Below are positions 61,392 through 64,000 of a stretch of 64,000 nt of DNA, piece after piece. A model generated the notes under the pieces. It had not been told where the DNA came from and searched no databases. It saw only the letters and a list, made by a program, of their open reading frames with translations. Numbering within the stretch: position 1 is the first letter of the stretch; each line of letters opens with the position of its first letter. This DNA is from a virus (taxonomy: Duplodnaviria; Caudoviricetes), in IMG/VR virus record IMGVR_UViG_3300028840_001835, one strand, 5' to 3'. The translations under genes were made by a program, and so were the position numbers.

Positions 61392-61571
61392 CTAGTGGAG
61401 GGAGCCATCTCGTCTTTGATACTTTCCATTACGCCGCAGAACCTCATGATAGGTCCTGGACAGCTTTTTGCCATTCTTGATAGTGGCGGTCTCCAAAACC
61501 ATCCGCTTGACGGCTACGGGAAACCCCTTCTTCATTGTCTTGGAAATAACCTTTGTCTCTATTGTTGCCAT
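61392..61571 (-). CDS. 59-aa basic protein (not in ORF track)
   Basis: MATIETKVISKTMKKG...; GGAGG RBS. Confidence 0.6.
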   Translation of the reverse strand: MATIETKVISKTMKKGFPVAVKRMVLETATIKNGKKLSRTYHEVLRRNGKYQRRDGSLH

Positions 61572-61829
61572 TCACTTAACCTCCGTTGATGTTTAATACC
61601 CCTAAAAAGACCGTTCTATATTTAGCCCACCGAACGGCAGGCGGGCCCTATTTGTCAACCGCGGGGCCGCGGCGTCCCGATTTGTTTTGTCTGGTCAGGG
61701 TGCCCAGAATTCTTTTAAATAATTAACGGCCCCCGTTAAGGTGGGGGCGAAACCTTGTCCACATTCAGGGCGGGACACACCTCTTATAAAGGGCCGTTGC
61801 CCCTTCGATGCTCTATCTACCACCAGTGC

Positions 61830-61859
61830 CCCGCCGACAAGAGCGATGTCGGCGGGGCG
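61830..61859 (-). terminator. GC-rich hairpin after 61883-62290
   Basis: GCCCCGCCGACA ... TGTCGGCGGGGC 12-bp stem; no long T-run. Confidence 0.5.
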
Positions 61860-61882
61860 ATTTGACTGGGCAGTGGCGTCCG

Positions 61883-62290
61883 CTATTTCAGGTCAGCGGT
61901 GCCCAGGTAGTTCAGGTGCTCCTCGCAGAACCTGATATTCTCACCAGAGAGGCTGGAGGCACGAACCTTGGGAACGTGGGTGAGAACCTTGTAGGCACGC
62001 CGGGCCTGGGCGCCAGAAAACTTCTGGGTCACGCCGTTGGCCGTCAGGCTAATAGTGTAACGAGGATGCTTCAGAGCCTTGGACTCTTCCTGCCGCACCT
62101 CGATCACGGCGCCAGTTTTGGTTTTCTGGGAAACGAACCGCAGTCCGCTAAGGGCATTCCCGTCCTTGTCCTTGCCCGTGACTTTCTGGGCCTTGCCCAT
62201 CACGATGGTCTTGGCCTTGATGCCGTCCACGATCATCTTGGCATACTTCTGAGCGGCGGACAGGGGTTTGGGGGTTGACTTGTTGGCCAT
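61883..62290 (-). CDS. highly basic protein with GC-rich codon usage
   Basis: AAAGGAGG RBS; consensus promoter upstream; mostly G/C third positions. Confidence 0.75.
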   Translation of the reverse strand: MANKSTPKPLSAAQKYAKMIVDGIKAKTIVMGKAQKVTGKDKDGNALSGLRFVSQKTKTGAVIEVRQEESKALKHPRYTISLTANGVTQKFSGAQARRAYKVLTHVPKVRASSLSGENIRFCEEHLNYLGTADLK

Positions 62291-62352
62291 GTTGGCCTCC
62301 TTTCGGATAAAGGGTGGTTGATGAAAAAACTAATTAACTAACTGTTACTATA

Positions 62353-62608
62353 ATTATAACACGAAAAACCCTTTCCGTCAAGAAAAAAATGGACTTTCTC
62401 CAAAAATAATTAACCCTTATTCTAGACCGTAAACCGGGGACCTGTTTCATTCATCATAACCCGTTGATCTATAAGGGCTTAGAAGGATCGGGCTCGGGCC
62501 CCGGAAATTAGCGGAATTTCGGGACCTTCTAGATTCCTGTTTTTGATTCAAATACCGTGATCTGGGGCAGGTTTTTCCCTTGAGGTTTATTCAGAAGGTT
62601 GTTATAAT
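62353..62608. promoter_or_regulatory. divergent sigma70 promoters with GC-rich spacer
   Basis: minus TTGACG-17-TATAAT (62353-62381), plus TTGAGG-17-TATAAT (62580-62608). Confidence 0.75.
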
Positions 62609-62645
62609 TATAGTATAAACAACAGGTTAACAAAGGAAGGAAATA

Positions 62646-63008
62646 ATGAAACTTGAACTTAACAGCATCCTCGAATGGACCACCGACTCAGGCGATAGCC
62701 AGGGAATCGTTGCCAGCCCCTTGTTTGAATATGATTTCAATAATTACCCCGATGACGCCTTTATCCCCTGCTACAAACTCAAGAGCCTGCGCAGCACCCG
62801 GACCCGTCACTGGATTGAGGTCAAGGTGATGAAGAAAAATCTCAAATGGGCGGGGTTCTACTCGAAACTTGAAAAGATACTCAATGATAGAATGGAGTAT
62901 AATCGCCAGCGGGCCGCCCAACGGAGACAGGCACGGAGACGGGATTTCGACCCCGCTGCTTTCACAAGGGCTCTGAACAACACCATCAAGAAATTCAATC
63001 TGGACTAA
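62646..63008 (+). CDS. hypothetical protein
   Basis: GGAAGG RBS, 120 aa. Confidence 0.65.
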   Translation: MKLELNSILEWTTDSGDSQGIVASPLFEYDFNNYPDDAFIPCYKLKSLRSTRTRHWIEVKVMKKNLKWAGFYSKLEKILNDRMEYNRQRAAQRRQARRRDFDPAAFTRALNNTIKKFNLD

Positions 63009-63161
63009 TCAAATGAAAGATTTTTCAATAACTATGATCGGGTTCGGGGTTGCCGCTTCTATAGGTCTCGCCGTGCCCTTCATGGTTATGTACCACGATG
63101 TTTATTTCTGTAAAATGATTTTAACTTTAATTCAAATTAAACTCAAAACAAGGAGAGCGTA

Positions 63162-63431
63162 ATGAAAGAACTGGCTAAAATAGTTTCCAAGAATCTGATC
63201 GAGATGGGGGCGGACGGGTTCACCATCGTGATCGAAAATGACTCGATTCATGTGACCAAGACCGTGGGGTTGGTGGCTTGGATTCTTATAGTCGTGCCCC
63301 AGGCTTATTCGTTAGTCAGGCGATATGACATGAATGTGATTCCCCTTGAACCCGAGACCGTCAAGTGCACTGGTTGTATCAAAGAGGCCATTGCCTACTA
63401 CACCGGGGCCGTAATGATAGGGGGTAAATAA
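63162..63431 (+). CDS. hypothetical protein
   Basis: GGAG RBS, 89 aa. Confidence 0.6.
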   Translation: MKELAKIVSKNLIEMGADGFTIVIENDSIHVTKTVGLVAWILIVVPQAYSLVRRYDMNVIPLEPETVKCTGCIKEAIAYYTGAVMIGGK

Positions 63432-63697
63432 TGGACTTTGAACTTGAGGAAAGAAAAGAGAAGGTCAGGAACGCCCAGCGTAACCCCAACACCCTGGGGC
63501 CCAACGGGGGCTTCAAGTTAATCTGGGGCTGGGTCAAACAGGGGGCCATTGACTTCAAACAGTATTTGGAGCTGATCGATGCGGCAACCCCTACCACGGA
63601 GCTTTACGAATACAACTGCCCCGCCTGTAAATGTACGACCACTTTAAAATGTGACCACTGCGGGGACATTATCTTAATTAAAGGGAGGCAGATATGA
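63431..63697 (+). CDS. hypothetical protein with C-terminal zinc ribbon
   Basis: CPAC...CDHCG. Confidence 0.6.
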   Translation: MDFELEERKEKVRNAQRNPNTLGPNGGFKLIWGWVKQGAIDFKQYLELIDAATPTTELYEYNCPACKCTTTLKCDHCGDIILIKGRQI

Positions 63698-63933
63698 GAA
63701 AACCAACAATCTATGACATAGCCAGGGCGACCGAGGAGAAGCAGCCCCATTTCTTCACCCGAAAAACTCTCAAGTTCTTCAACCAGACTATGAGGGATTT
63801 CTCAGTCTGGAAGCAGGACGGTCGGGTGTTCATCACCGCCCCAATGAAAGATGGCCGCGGGCACATAATCGGTTATACTCACCGCGAGTTCACCGGGGAT
63901 GATCTTATTCATTTTAACCCAGAGGAGGTATAA
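63694..63933 (+). CDS. conserved phage hypothetical protein
   Basis: PHFFTRKTLKFF, FITA; GGAGG RBS. Confidence 0.65.
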   Translation: MRKPTIYDIARATEEKQPHFFTRKTLKFFNQTMRDFSVWKQDGRVFITAPMKDGRGHIIGYTHREFTGDDLIHFNPEEV

Positions 63934-63934
63934 C

Positions 63935-64000
63935 ATGAACCTGAAAGTTAAAGCAAAGGTGGGGATCGGTTATGATTACAAAAAGAATGAATATGTGGAG
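63935..64000 (+). CDS. start of a gene truncated by window edge
   Basis: GGAGG RBS then ATG AAC CTG AAA GTT. Confidence 0.55.
   Translation, partial: MNLKVKAKVGIGYDYKKNEYVE

Noticed and set aside
1-64000. Genome-wide TAG recoding (genetic code 15) suggested by the CUA tRNA
   Set aside because: Long genes are intact under code 11 and TAG ends genes immediately before the next RBS or a hairpin (878, 1129, 9003, 58757); only one in-frame TAG case was found
1-64000. CRISPR array, DGR or retron
   Set aside because: No regularly spaced repeats, cas genes, reverse transcriptase or TR/VR pair seen

Overview
This window is a segment of a large, T4-like (TATAAATA late promoters, T4-type capsid-targeting N-termini) double-stranded DNA phage genome using the standard genetic code. 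It contains: (1) 1-4.4 kb, a CCA-adding enzyme fragment plus a run of probable virion-packaged internal proteins; (2) 4.5-28 kb, nucleotide, RNA-repair, DNA-repair and takeover genes (dNMP kinase, HNH, lytic transglycosylase, MoxR-like AAA + vWA pair, Rnl2, Thg1, Rnl1, radical SAM, TOPRIM, PolX, HD hydrolase, Pnkp, sigma factor, epimerase, MBD4-like glycosylase); (3) 28.4-51.4 kb, a minus-strand array of about 38 tRNA genes covering all 20 amino acids, a tmRNA, two aberrant tRNA-like RNAs, two Pth2-like genes, a third RNA-ligase-like gene, Hsp20 and a PurA-like/vWA operon; (4) 52-64 kb, tandem paralog families of small early genes and strong sigma70 promoters. The strongest new observation is an amber-suppressor tRNA (anticodon CUA, 35324-35399) about 300 bp upstream of a Pth2-like gene whose fifth codon is an in-frame TAG, although TAG is otherwise used as a normal stop. 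All family calls are by motif recognition by eye; no database search was possible.
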